DNA of 64,000 nt from an uncultured Methanosarcinales archaeon. Its GTDB lineage: Archaea > Nanobdellota > Nanobdellia > Woesearchaeales > WJKR01. Below the pieces are notes generated by a model. It saw only the letters and a list, made by a program, of their open reading frames with translations, searched no databases and was not told the origin of the DNA. The stretch spans positions 30,715-94,714 of the forward strand of contig CAZKVR010000003.1 in the NCBI GenBank assembly GCA_964556395.1. Reading direction: 5' to 3'. Shown here piece after piece: positions 7,885 to 16,638 of this stretch. How positions within the stretch are numbered: the stretch's first letter is position 1; every line of letters starts with the position of its first letter. A program made the translations under genes and the position numbers.

Positions 7885-10800
7885 ATGGGCAATCACGAGA
7901 CCACCGCGGAGAAGGAATCCACGCTCAGGGAGTTCTGGAAGGACCAGGACCTATTGAGGAAGCTGCAGGAACGACGCAAAGGAGGAGAGAAATACTTCCT
8001 CCTCGACGGGCCGCCGTACGCGAACGCGGTGCCGCACGTCGGCCACATCCGCAACACGGTGTACAAGGACCTCTACATCCGCTGGAATTTCATGAAGGGC
8101 AAGGACGTCCTGTTCCAGCCAGGGTTCGACACCCACGGCCTGCCCATCGAGAACATGGTGGAGAAGCAGCTGGGACTGAAGAGCAAGAAGGACATCCAGA
8201 AGCTCGGCATCGCGGAGTTCATGAGGAAGTGCAAGGACTCGGCGGCGCTGAACAAGGACCTATGGATGGAGGTCTACGACCTGTTAGGGTCGTGGTACTC
8301 GTGGAAGAAGCCCTACCTGACGTACGAGAACTCATACATCCAGTCGGTATGGTGGAGCTTCAAACAGCTCTGGGAGAAAGGCATGGCGTACGAGGGACAA
8401 CGACCAGTGTTCTGGTGCCCTAAGTGCGAGACCGCCCTCGCCGGCTACGAGGCGACGGACTCATACAAGAACGTCACCGACCCGTCCATCTACGTCAAGT
8501 TCCCGCTCAAAGACTCTGAAGAATACCTGTTAGTGTACACGACGACGCCGTGGACGCTGCCGTCCAACACGTCACTATTCGTCGCACCCGACAAGGACTA
8601 CGTCAAGGCGAAGACGGAGAAGCACGGCACGCTCATCCTCGCGAAGAACCTCGTCAAGGTGTTGGACGAGTTCGACGTGCGGTACGAAGTCATCAAAACG
8701 TTCAAAGGGAAAGAACTCGTAGGCAAGGAGTACGAGCCACTACTCGACCTCCCCACACAGCAAAAACTCCGAGAACACCCGAAAGCGCTGAAGGTGTACG
8801 AGTCCAAACCCATCCTGAAAGAGCGCATCAGCCCGAAAGTGGCTGCGAAGAAAGGCATCGCCGCCGGCGACGTGTACGAGGACTTCGTCACGGTCGAAGA
8901 AGGCACCGGCATCGTCCACTGCGCCCCAGGCCACGGCAAGACAGACAACGAGATCGGAAAGCAGCTCGGACTGCCAGAGGTGAGCCCACTCGACGACCAA
9001 TGCAAGTTCACCGCAGAAGCGGGCGAGTTCAAAGGAGAGTTCGTCAAGGACGCCGACCACGCGATCGCCGACGTCATCCACAAGAACGGATTGTTGCTGC
9101 ACTACGGGACGCTGGAACACTCATACCCGTTGTGCTGGCGGTGCAAGTCACCCCTCATCTTCAGGATGAGCAACCAATGGTTCCTCAAGATAAGCCCTAT
9201 CAAGGACGAGATGCTGGAGGCCAACGACAAGGTGGAATGGCAGCCAGGCTACGCGAAGGAACGGTTCGGCACATGGGTGGCGAACGCGGACGACTGGAAC
9301 TTCTCCAGGCAGCGGTACTGGGGCGTCCCCATCCCCATCTGGAAATCGGAGTCCGGAAAGACGCTCGTCATCGGCAGCGTCGAGGAACTTCGGAAACACG
9401 CCACCACCGAGGTACCGGATGACTTCGACCTCCACACCGTCAACGACCTCACCCTGAAACACCCGGAGACGGACGAGGAGATGACCAGGATAAACGACAT
9501 CTTCGACGTGTGGTACGACAGCGGCTCGGCACCCTACGCCTCGCTCGGATACCCGTTCGAGAACAAGGAACTCTTCGAAGGACACTACCCCATCGACCGC
9601 ATCAACGAGTCGCAAGACCAGATACGCGGATGGTTCTACAGCCTCATGTTCTGCAACACCGCGGTCTTCGGAAAAACCCCCTACCACAAGGTGTCCATGC
9701 CCGGCTGGGTGTTGGACAAGCACGGCGAGAAGATGTCCAAGTCGCAAGGGAACGTCGTCTCGGCCAAAGAAGCCCTGGAAGAGGTCGGGGCGGACGCTAT
9801 CAGGTTCTACTACTGCTGGGACATCGCTCCGGAAGCGACGGAGAAGTTCGACATGGACACCCTCCGCAACGACGTCAGGCGGTACTTCACCATCTGGCAG
9901 AACCTCGTCAAGCTCGCCAAGGAGCGACAGGTATCGTTCTCGGCCAAAAAGGTCGGCGCCGCCTCTGTGGAGGACCAATGGCTCCTCTCAAGGCTGCACA
10001 CGACCATCAAGGAGGTCCGCGAAGCCGTGGAAGGGTTCCACCTCCACCTCGCGGGCCGGAGCCTGCAACGGTTCGTCATGGAAGACCTGTCGCGGACGTA
10101 CGTCCAGCTCGTCAGGGACCGCATGGAAGATGACACGACCCCGGCTGCCATCATCAGCCACGCATTGTGGAAGGTCGGCATCGTCTCAGCAGCCATCACG
10201 CCGTACCAGAGCGAGTACGCATATCAGGCGCTGAAGGAACTCTTGAAAGAAGACATGGAGACGTCGGTCCACCTCGAGACGTTGCCAGTCCCTGACTTGG
10301 ACCTCATGGACGAGCACCTCGAAGAAGCCATGACATTGGCGGGCGAGGCGATCGCCGGCATCCTCGCGGCGCGCGACAAGGCGCAGACCGGCGTGCGCTG
10401 GCCGTTGCAGGAAGTCATCATCGACACGGACGACGCGGAGACCGCCAAGGCGGTCGAGGAGTTGGACGAGCTCGTCAAGCGCCAGGCCAACGTCCGCGCC
10501 GTCAAGGTCGAGCACTTCCCGGTCGAGTATAAAGGCAAACCCAACTACAAAACGTTAGGACGGGCGTACGGCGAGCAGACCGGCGACGCCATCAACGCCA
10601 TGCAGGCGCACATGGACGAGGTCATCAAGGGCGTGACGGGGAAGGAAGGCAAGGCTTCCGTGGAAGGCTTCGAGTTCCTGCGGGAGCACGTCCAGCTTGA
10701 CAAGGTGGTTCCGGAGACGCACGCGTCGGGCGAGTTCAAGCATGGGACCGCATACCTGCTGAAAGAGGTTCCGCGAGAGCTCGAGATGGAAGGCTACGCC

Positions 10801-11046
10801 CGTGAAGTGACGAGGAGGCTGCAACAGCTACGCAAGGAAGCAGGCCTGTCAAAGCGAGACCGCGTCGACGCCGTCGTGGCTTGCGAGTTGGCAGACGACC
10901 TCCAGCCCTACTGGGGGGACATCGCCAAGAAGGTCGGGGCGGACGAGCTCGTACTAGCAGAGCAGGCGGAGAAAGAGCTGTCCTATAAGAAGGAAGCGAC
11001 CATCAAGGGCGTCAAGGTCGCCGTCATGCTCGAGAAACGCGCGTGA
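7885..11046 (+). CDS. ileS: Isoleucyl-tRNA synthetase
   Basis: HIGH-type motif PYANAVPHVGH. KMSKSQGN. 1053 aa. CP1 editing region and zinc-binding C-terminus are typical of archaeal IleRS. Confidence 0.95.
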   Translation: MGNHETTAEKESTLREFWKDQDLLRKLQERRKGGEKYFLLDGPPYANAVPHVGHIRNTVYKDLYIRWNFMKGKDVLFQPGFDTHGLPIENMVEKQLGLKSKKDIQKLGIAEFMRKCKDSAALNKDLWMEVYDLLGSWYSWKKPYLTYENSYIQSVWWSFKQLWEKGMAYEGQRPVFWCPKCETALAGYEATDSYKNVTDPSIYVKFPLKDSEEYLLVYTTTPWTLPSNTSLFVAPDKDYVKAKTEKHGTLILAKNLVKVLDEFDVRYEVIKTFKGKELVGKEYEPLLDLPTQQKLREHPKALKVYESKPILKERISPKVAAKKGIAAGDVYEDFVTVEEGTGIVHCAPGHGKTDNEIGKQLGLPEVSPLDDQCKFTAEAGEFKGEFVKDADHAIADVIHKNGLLLHYGTLEHSYPLCWRCKSPLIFRMSNQWFLKISPIKDEMLEANDKVEWQPGYAKERFGTWVANADDWNFSRQRYWGVPIPIWKSESGKTLVIGSVEELRKHATTEVPDDFDLHTVNDLTLKHPETDEEMTRINDIFDVWYDSGSAPYASLGYPFENKELFEGHYPIDRINESQDQIRGWFYSLMFCNTAVFGKTPYHKVSMPGWVLDKHGEKMSKSQGNVVSAKEALEEVGADAIRFYYCWDIAPEATEKFDMDTLRNDVRRYFTIWQNLVKLAKERQVSFSAKKVGAASVEDQWLLSRLHTTIKEVREAVEGFHLHLAGRSLQRFVMEDLSRTYVQLVRDRMEDDTTPAAIISHALWKVGIVSAAITPYQSEYAYQALKELLKEDMETSVHLETLPVPDLDLMDEHLEEAMTLAGEAIAGILAARDKAQTGVRWPLQEVIIDTDDAETAKAVEELDELVKRQANVRAVKVEHFPVEYKGKPNYKTLGRAYGEQTGDAINAMQAHMDEVIKGVTGKEGKASVEGFEFLREHVQLDKVVPETHASGEFKHGTAYLLKEVPRELEMEGYAREVTRRLQQLRKEAGLSKRDRVDAVVACELADDLQPYWGDIAKKVGADELVLAEQAEKELSYKKEATIKGVKVAVMLEKRA

Positions 11047-11071
11047 GAACAGGGCAAAAACAGAAAGTTTT

Positions 11072-11080
11072 ATAAGCCCG
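11072..11080 (+). promoter_or_regulatory. TATA box (GTTTTATAAG) for the leaderless downstream gene
   Basis: 20-27 nt upstream of ATG 11100. Confidence 0.45.
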
Positions 11081-11099
11081 CGTCGGGAGCTTGACATCC

Positions 11100-11573
11100 A
11101 TGGCTCAGGGGAGGAGGATTTCTCGGGACACGCCGCTGGCAGAGCTCACGCTCCGCAAGTACGAGAAGCCGTCCGTCGATGGGCGAGAGCTCGTGCGCAA
11201 GACGTGCCTCAGCCTCGGGCTGCTGCAGCCTGGCGACTCCAGGGATGTCGTGGTGGACGTGTTCCAGACCTTGCTGAAAAGCCATGAGGCGTTGACGAGC
11301 GTCGAGGTGGAACGCAAGGTCATCAAGGCACGCGAAGAAGCGGGGCTGGAACTACTCGGCATCGCACCGTCCAACATCCGGCGACAACTCCTGCGTCTGA
11401 GGGACCTGTTCCTCGTGGAGAAGAAAGGCAACTACTACCGGATAGCAGAAGACGCCTCGCTGACGGAACTCTTCCAGGAGAAGCTCGAATCCTACTTGTT
11501 GGACGCGACGGTGAAGCGTGTCAAGGAGTACCTGAAAGCCGTGGACAAGGCGTACCCCCGAAGCGAGGAGTAA
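11100..11573 (+). CDS. Hypothetical protein, probable winged-helix DNA-binding fold
   Basis: Start trimmed to ATG 11100. RRQLLRLRDLFLVEKKGNYYRIAED resembles a recognition helix plus wing. Confidence 0.3.
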   Translation: MAQGRRISRDTPLAELTLRKYEKPSVDGRELVRKTCLSLGLLQPGDSRDVVVDVFQTLLKSHEALTSVEVERKVIKAREEAGLELLGIAPSNIRRQLLRLRDLFLVEKKGNYYRIAEDASLTELFQEKLESYLLDATVKRVKEYLKAVDKAYPRSEE

Positions 11574-11589
11574 GTTCTTAAAGGAGTTC

Positions 11590-12159
11590 TTGTTCTCAAA
11601 GCAGATGGTCTACGAGCCCCGAGAGGACACCTACCTGTTACGCGACTCCCTGCCGAAAGACCTATCAGGCCTGAAGGTGTTGGAGGTCGGCAGCGGGTCA
11701 GGACTGGTGAGCGTTGAAGCCGCCAGGCGCGGCGCGGACGTCGTGGCGGTGGACGTCGACCCGGCAGCCGTGGCTGCGACGAGGAAGGCGGCGTACGACG
11801 CGCACGTCACGGTCGTGGCGTGCGAAGGCGACCTGTACGAACCGGTCGAGGGAGAGCGGTTCGACCTCATCATCTGCAACCCGCCGTACCTGCCTGACGA
11901 GCCGAAGGACCCGGACGTCGCGCTGGACGGCGGCCCCGAGGGTTGGGAGTTCATCGACCGCCTACTGGCCGGTGCGAAGGGACACCTCGCGGAGGAGGGG
12001 AAGGTGTTGTTGGTGTTCTCATCCCACTCGAAGCCTGACAAGGTGGCGTTGTCGTTGCACAAGCACGGGTTCTCCTCAAAGCTGTTAGCAAAAAGGGAGA
12101 TGGGGTTCTTCGAGGAATTATTCATAGTCGAGCTGAAACAGGATGGAAGTCAAGGATAA
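11590..12159 (+). CDS. HemK/Mtq2-like protein N5-glutamine methyltransferase (release-factor methyltransferase family)
   Basis: SAM motif LEVGSGSG and substrate motif NPPY. 189 aa. Confidence 0.7.
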   Translation: MFSKQMVYEPREDTYLLRDSLPKDLSGLKVLEVGSGSGLVSVEAARRGADVVAVDVDPAAVAATRKAAYDAHVTVVACEGDLYEPVEGERFDLIICNPPYLPDEPKDPDVALDGGPEGWEFIDRLLAGAKGHLAEEGKVLLVFSSHSKPDKVALSLHKHGFSSKLLAKREMGFFEELFIVELKQDGSQG

Positions 12160-12736
12160 GGAGTACTTGGCGCGCGGCAAGCGCGGCGTGGCGTACACGG
12201 GTTACGTGGACGGCCAGAAGGTCTTGGTGAAGGAGCACAACCCCAACTCGGATGCGGACACTATCGCGAACGAGGCGCGCATGCTGCGGGAGCTGAACAG
12301 GCACGGCGTGGGGCCGCGGTTCATAGCCTACGAGCACGGCCGGCTGGTGCGGGAGTTCGTCGACGGCGAGCGCATCGAGGAATACCTGGTGGAGTGCTCG
12401 CCGGAGGAGGCGAAGGGTGTCATGCGGCAAGTCCTCGACCAGTGCAAGACCATGGACGAGTTGGGCATCAATAAGTATGAGATGACGCATCCGTACAAGC
12501 ACATCCTCGTCACACCCAAGGGAGAGGCGTTGATGATAGATTTCGAACGGTGCAGGCACACGGAGAAGCCGAAGAACGTCACCCAGTTCTGCCAGTACAT
12601 CGCACGGCTGGAGGAGAAGCTCGGCTGGAACGGCGTCTTCGTGGACGGTGAGAAGGCGAAAGAGTTGGGGAAACAGTACAAGCGTGACGGGTATGACGAG
12701 AAGGCTTTCCGTGAGCTGAAATCATTGTTTGAGTAG
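12143..12736 (+). CDS. Small Bud32/RIO-like atypical protein-kinase-fold protein, catalytic motifs apparently diverged
   Basis: Gly-rich loop-like LARGKRGVAYTG. VLVK lysine. Hinge and catalytic-loop regions align loosely to Bud32, but the HGD-like and DFG-like positions read KYEM and DFE. Overlaps the upstream methyltransferase by 17 nt. Confidence 0.4.
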   Translation: MEVKDKEYLARGKRGVAYTGYVDGQKVLVKEHNPNSDADTIANEARMLRELNRHGVGPRFIAYEHGRLVREFVDGERIEEYLVECSPEEAKGVMRQVLDQCKTMDELGINKYEMTHPYKHILVTPKGEALMIDFERCRHTEKPKNVTQFCQYIARLEEKLGWNGVFVDGEKAKELGKQYKRDGYDEKAFRELKSLFE

Positions 12737-12773
12737 GACAAGGTTTTTATGAGCGCGGTTCTTTCTCGAGACC

Positions 12774-13091
12774 ATGCCTTCGAGTTTCGCGGAGCGGGTG
12801 TACGAGAAGTTGCGCGAGGTTCCTCGCGGCAGCGTGACTACTTATCAAGAGCTCGCAAAAGCGTTAGGTATCAAGTCATCCCAGGCGGTGGGCCAGGCGT
12901 TGCGGCGGAACCCGTACGCGCCGGAGGTGCCTTGCCACCGTGTCGTCCGGAGTGACGGCGGCATCGGCGGGTTCCAAGGATGCTTCGAGGGGAGTCCTGT
13001 GGACAGGAAGATACGATTGTTGCGGGAAGAAGGGGTAGAGATAGAAGACGGAAAAGTGAAAGGGTTCGAAAAAAAGAGATACGTGTTCTAG
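12774..13091 (+). CDS. Methylated-DNA-protein-cysteine methyltransferase, DNA-binding/active-site domain only (Ogt C-domain-like)
   Basis: PCHRVV active-site motif. 105 aa single-domain form. Confidence 0.75.
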   Translation: MPSSFAERVYEKLREVPRGSVTTYQELAKALGIKSSQAVGQALRRNPYAPEVPCHRVVRSDGGIGGFQGCFEGSPVDRKIRLLREEGVEIEDGKVKGFEKKRYVF

Positions 13092-14017
13092 GGCCGCTTC
13101 TTCTTCGCCTTGCGGATCTCCTTCTCGAGGTCGAGCTCGTCCAACAACTCCTTGTACCGGTTGCGGATGGTGACTTCCGTCACGCCGGCGACGTCGGCGA
13201 CCTCGCGTTGGGTCCTTTTCTCGCCGTTGATCAGGGCCGCCACGTACAAGGCAGCAGAGGCGATGCCGGTCGGGCCGCGTCCGGAGGTGAGCTCGACGCT
13301 CTGCGCCTCCTCGATTATCTCGACGCTCTTGCTCTGCGTCTCGGCCGAGAGCTTCAACGCGGATGCGAACCGGGCGATGTAGTCGGCAGGGTTGGACGGG
13401 AGTATCTTGATGCCGAGTTCTCTCGTTATGAAGCGGTAGGTGCGTCCGATCTCCTTCTTCTCGATTGACGACGCTTCCGACAACTCATCGAGTGTCCGGG
13501 GGACGTCGTGGCGCCTGCAGGCGGCGTACAACGCTCCTGAGACGACGCTCTCCATGCTCCTGCCGCGGACGAGGCCTTTCTGGACGGCAAGAGTATATAT
13601 CCTGCTCGCCTCCTCTTCCACTGAGGATGGCAGGCGTAAATAGGATGATACTCGTTTGAGCTCTCCCAACGCGAGCTTGAGGTTTCGCTCGATGGCGGTG
13701 CTGATACGCTGCTGCCACTTGCGCAACCTGAAGAACTTGTTCTTGCTCTTGCCTTCGAGCCTGTAGAAGTCCGACTTGGTGCCCACATCGGTGCCGAGCC
13801 CTTGGTCGAACTGGGTGTAGGACATGGGCGCACCGGTGCGTCGCTTGCGCTCCGCCGCTTCGGAGTCGAACTCGCGCCACTCCTGGTCGAAGTCGACCAT
13901 CTTCTCCTCGACGACGAGTCCGCAGTCCTTGCAGATAATCTCTCCCTTGTCATGGTTCCAGAGCAGGTTGAGCGACCCGCACTCCGGACACTTCTTGACG
14001 AATCCCGTCATGCTCAT
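13088..14017 (-). CDS. tfb: Transcription initiation factor IIB (TFB)
   Basis: Start trimmed to MSMTGFVKKCPECGS.. (N-terminal Zn ribbon CPECG...CKDCG). Cyclin-fold repeats. 310 aa. Confidence 0.9.
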   Translation of the reverse strand: MSMTGFVKKCPECGSLNLLWNHDKGEIICKDCGLVVEEKMVDFDQEWREFDSEAAERKRRTGAPMSYTQFDQGLGTDVGTKSDFYRLEGKSKNKFFRLRKWQQRISTAIERNLKLALGELKRVSSYLRLPSSVEEEASRIYTLAVQKGLVRGRSMESVVSGALYAACRRHDVPRTLDELSEASSIEKKEIGRTYRFITRELGIKILPSNPADYIARFASALKLSAETQSKSVEIIEEAQSVELTSGRGPTGIASAALYVAALINGEKRTQREVADVAGVTEVTIRNRYKELLDELDLEKEIRKAKKKRP

Positions 14018-14057
14018 AAACCCCCGGTGTTCATCACAATATGGAGTGATGACAATA

Positions 14058-14093
14058 AATTTATAAAAGAACATACAGGCTAGTATATAAATG
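14058..14093. promoter_or_regulatory. AT-rich divergent promoter region with two TATA-like boxes (TTTATAAAAG, TAGTATATAAATG)
   Basis: Lies between tfb (minus) and the pilin-like gene (plus). Confidence 0.35.
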
Positions 14094-14215
14094 TTTCGTT
14101 TTTTACTGCTTAACTTTTTATTGATTGCGGAAACCTTAAAAACCAACAGGATGTGTCTTCACTCTTAAAGAAAGAGGAAGTTTTTTATAACAGCAACACG
14201 GAAGCCATCAACGGA

Positions 14216-14707
14216 ATGGGGACACGCAAGACAACACCGAAAAAAGCCCACAAGACGACCGGGAAGGCACAAGAGAAAAAGAGGGATAAAGACATGAAAT
14301 GGGTCAAGAACGCGCAGACATGGTCCATCGATCTCATCATGGGCGTCATCATCTTCATGCTCGTCATCGCCATCTTCTACGCATTCCTCAGCTCGAAAGG
14401 ATCCGAACCTATCAAGGACCTCGAAGCGGACGCGAGAGCAACAGACACCAAGGTGACCGGCAAGCAACTGGCCTCCCTCGGCGTCATCACGGAAGAAGGC
14501 GCCATCGACAAGTCCGAGTTCGATCAGCTCTGCCAAGAGAACTACGAAGACGTCAAGAAGTCGCTCGGCATCGAGAACGACGTGTGCATCTACCTCGAGG
14601 ACGAGGACGGCAACATCATCCCATGCGGGCCGGACAAGGCGGGAATCGGCAACGGCGAGGACATCAGGGTGACCGAAGACACGCCGTGCGGCGGCGCCTT
14701 CAGCTGA
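14216..14707 (+). CDS. Pilin-like protein with class III-type signal (third paralogue). Alternative start at ATG 14294.
   Basis: MKWVKNAQTWSIDLIMGVIIFMLVIAIFYAF parallels the KRGQAALEFL and KAQQSLEF signals. TATA TTTTATAA at 14183-14190 would make the ATG 14216 transcript leaderless. Confidence 0.5.
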   Translation: MGTRKTTPKKAHKTTGKAQEKKRDKDMKWVKNAQTWSIDLIMGVIIFMLVIAIFYAFLSSKGSEPIKDLEADARATDTKVTGKQLASLGVITEEGAIDKSEFDQLCQENYEDVKKSLGIENDVCIYLEDEDGNIIPCGPDKAGIGNGEDIRVTEDTPCGGAFS

Positions 14708-14716
14708 CGTGAGATC

Positions 14717-15193
14717 ATGACGTCCCAGATACTGCTTGGCTGGTCAGGCCTCCTCGGCGTGATCGCAGGCCTCATCGTCAGCGCCGCGGCGACGGAAGAG
14801 CTATGGCCGGCGAGACGCATCCTCAGGATGACGCACGACATCGGATTCCTCCTCACAGCAGGACTCTTCCTCCACGCCGCAGGCTACCTCGCCACGACAG
14901 TCGGACTGCTCATACTCACTGCCGCGCTCGCCACGATGCCATCACGACAGGCACACCAACTCACCACGTTGCTCTTCACCGTCATCCTCATCCTGGCATG
15001 GGAGATGCCGTTGTTCACGTCTATCGCCGGACTCTTCCTCATCAGCCACATGGCGGCGGCAGGCGAGTGGCTGGCAAGGAACCCGAAGCTGGTGAAGAAG
15101 GGCTGCCTGTCCAGGACCACGCTATCCGCGGCGGCGAGGGAGTTCGCCCTCACCATCACACCACCCTTGGCGTTGCTGCCGCTCGTCATCTGA
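14717..15193 (+). CDS. Hypothetical polytopic membrane protein
   Basis: Four hydrophobic helices. No recognisable motif. Confidence 0.4.
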   Translation: MTSQILLGWSGLLGVIAGLIVSAAATEELWPARRILRMTHDIGFLLTAGLFLHAAGYLATTVGLLILTAALATMPSRQAHQLTTLLFTVILILAWEMPLFTSIAGLFLISHMAAAGEWLARNPKLVKKGCLSRTTLSAAAREFALTITPPLALLPLVI

Positions 15194-15201
15194 GATGCCT
15201 T

Positions 15202-15888
15202 ATGGCCAAGCTCACCGAGAAGGAATGCGCGGACGGCTCGCACACTTTCCACAACGAGGAGGTCGGCGAGTCGTACCACACGCCGCTCGGGGCGGCGATG
15301 GAAGCCCGGGAGAAATACGTCCCGCCGTGCGAGGTCAAGAAACGCTGCAAGGGTGGACCGATCAACGTCCTCGACGTCTGCTACGGGCTCGGGTACAACA
15401 CCGCGGCGCTGATAGAGGCCGCGAAGAAAAATTCTCCTGATTGCGACCTCACCGTCTACGGTCTGGAGCTCGACAAGGATATTGTGGAGAGGAGTCTCGA
15501 CCTGCCATTCCCGTTCGCGCACGAGGACCTCTTCAAGAGACTCAACAGGAACTATGATGAAAGGAAGCGAGCATTCACGATGAAGGGAGGCCGCACCACC
15601 ATCACTGTGCTGATAGGAGACGCGAAGGAACGCCTCAACGAGGTGCCGTTCCTGGCGGACGTCGTGCTGTTCGACCCGTTCTCGCCGCGCAAGGCGCCGG
15701 AGATGTGGACGGAAGAATTCTTCAAGGATATTTATGAGAAGTGCGCTGAAGGCGCGGTGCTCGTCACCTACTCGTGCGCCCGCGCCGCACGGGAGGTGAT
15801 GGCGGCTGCCGGCTTCAAGGTCGAGGACGGTCCGGTCGTGGGACGGCGTGGGCCGGCCACCGTCGGACGAGTATCAAAAGATACTTAA
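15202..15888 (+). CDS. SAM-dependent methyltransferase, MnmC N-terminal-like (DUF752/Methyltransf_30)
   Basis: Start trimmed to ATG 15202 (MAKLTEKE). LFDPFSPRKAPEMWTEEFF matches the DGFSPxKNPElW signature of the MnmC-like methyltransferase domain. Confidence 0.55.
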   Translation: MAKLTEKECADGSHTFHNEEVGESYHTPLGAAMEAREKYVPPCEVKKRCKGGPINVLDVCYGLGYNTAALIEAAKKNSPDCDLTVYGLELDKDIVERSLDLPFPFAHEDLFKRLNRNYDERKRAFTMKGGRTTITVLIGDAKERLNEVPFLADVVLFDPFSPRKAPEMWTEEFFKDIYEKCAEGAVLVTYSCARAAREVMAAAGFKVEDGPVVGRRGPATVGRVSKDT

Positions 15889-15914
15889 AGGGAGTCCGTT
15901 TCGTCACTCTAGCC

Positions 15915-15988
15915 GTCCCCGTGGTGTAGCCTGGATAGCATTGTGGCTTGCGGAGCCATAGACCCGGGTTCGAATCCCGGCGGGGACA
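15915..15988 (+). tRNA. tRNA-Arg (anticodon GCG)
   Basis: Manual fold: acceptor stem GTCCCCG/CGGGGAC, D arm, anticodon stem GTGGC/GCCAT, loop TTGCGGA (U33, GCG, purine 37), T arm CCGGG-TTCGAAT-CCCGG, discriminator A. No encoded CCA. Confidence 0.85.
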
Positions 15989-16145
15989 TCCGAAAAAACA
16001 CAATCTTTAAATAGAACCTGCGGACTATATATCGATTGTTGGGGTAATACAACATATAGTAAGCGAAAATATTGATATGAAATAAATTTTACAATATCTA
16101 AACGCTTATATGCCCAACACACCACAACAGACAAGGGGAGACGTG

Positions 16146-16418
16146 ATGGCCAGGAACAAGAAAATCTTCAACACATTCTTCAGGGAGAAGCCAGCGATGA
16201 TGCTTATCACCCTGCTCAACAAGAACAACGACATCTACGCCTCATCACTCGCCAAGACGGTCGACTGCACGTACAGCCACGTCGTCAAGATACTGCAAGA
16301 GATGCACAAGGCAGACCTCATAGCCTTCGAGAAGCAAGGACGCCTCAAGGTCCTCACACTCACCAAGAAAGGGCAAGGAATCGCAGAGAAAATCGACGCA
16401 ATCAGGAACGCGCTCTAA
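16146..16418 (+). CDS. Small winged-helix transcriptional regulator (MarR/PadR/ArsR-like)
   Basis: Start trimmed to MARNKKIF. HTH SLAKTVDCTYSHVVKILQEM followed by a wing. TATA CTTATATG sits about 33 nt upstream. Confidence 0.55.
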   Translation: MARNKKIFNTFFREKPAMMLITLLNKNNDIYASSLAKTVDCTYSHVVKILQEMHKADLIAFEKQGRLKVLTLTKKGQGIAEKIDAIRNAL

Positions 16419-16422
16419 AAAC

Positions 16423-16599
16423 TCATTCTTCGAACTCCTCATCAGAAAGGTCGAACTCACGGCAGCCGAAGCACGGCGTAGCGAGGAAGCCATCGACCAT
16501 CTTCTTAGGATCGAAACAACAACCCTTGATATGGAACTCGCAACCGCTGCACTCAGGAGCGGACTGCTCCTGAGGTCCGAACAGAGAACGCCGAGCCAT
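16423..16599 (-). CDS. 58-aa zinc-ribbon protein with acidic C-terminal tail (MARRSLFGPQEQSAPECSGCEFHIKGCCFDPKKMVDGFLATPCFGCREFDLSDEEFEE). LysW-like candidate carrier or RimK substrate. Missing from ORF track (<60 aa).
   Basis: My own translation of the minus strand. CxxC ... CC ... CxxC. The C-terminus ...DLSDEEFEE ends in Glu. TATA CTTTTTATACC at 16621-16631 is 22-31 nt upstream. Located 40 nt downstream of the RimK-like stop. Confidence 0.55.
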   Translation of the reverse strand: MARRSLFGPQEQSAPECSGCEFHIKGCCFDPKKMVDGFLATPCFGCREFDLSDEEFEE

Positions 16600-16620
16600 G
16601 AAAAAGCAAACATACGAAGA

Positions 16621-16631
16621 GGTATAAAAAG
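16621..16631 (-). promoter_or_regulatory. TATA box (CTTTTTATACC on the minus strand) for the small zinc-ribbon gene
   Basis: Positioned for a leaderless transcript starting near 16599. Confidence 0.45.
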
Positions 16632-16638
16632 GTTGCGG

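Noticed and set aside
9148-9978. 276-aa minus-strand ORF and several 100-200-aa ORFs inside 7885..11046
   Set aside because: All overlap ileS in other frames or on the other strand. ileS is unambiguous.
14803-15201. N-terminal 133-aa extension of the MnmC-like ORF in the track
   Set aside because: It overlaps a membrane-protein gene in another frame and is Arg/His/Pro-rich. The real start is ATG 15202, right after the upstream stop.
15990-16105. AT-rich 115-nt stretch after tRNA-Arg, considered as a possible ncRNA or integration scar
   Set aside because: No repeat of the tRNA 3' end. No stable structure or ORF is evident. Most simply it is the promoter region of the downstream regulator.
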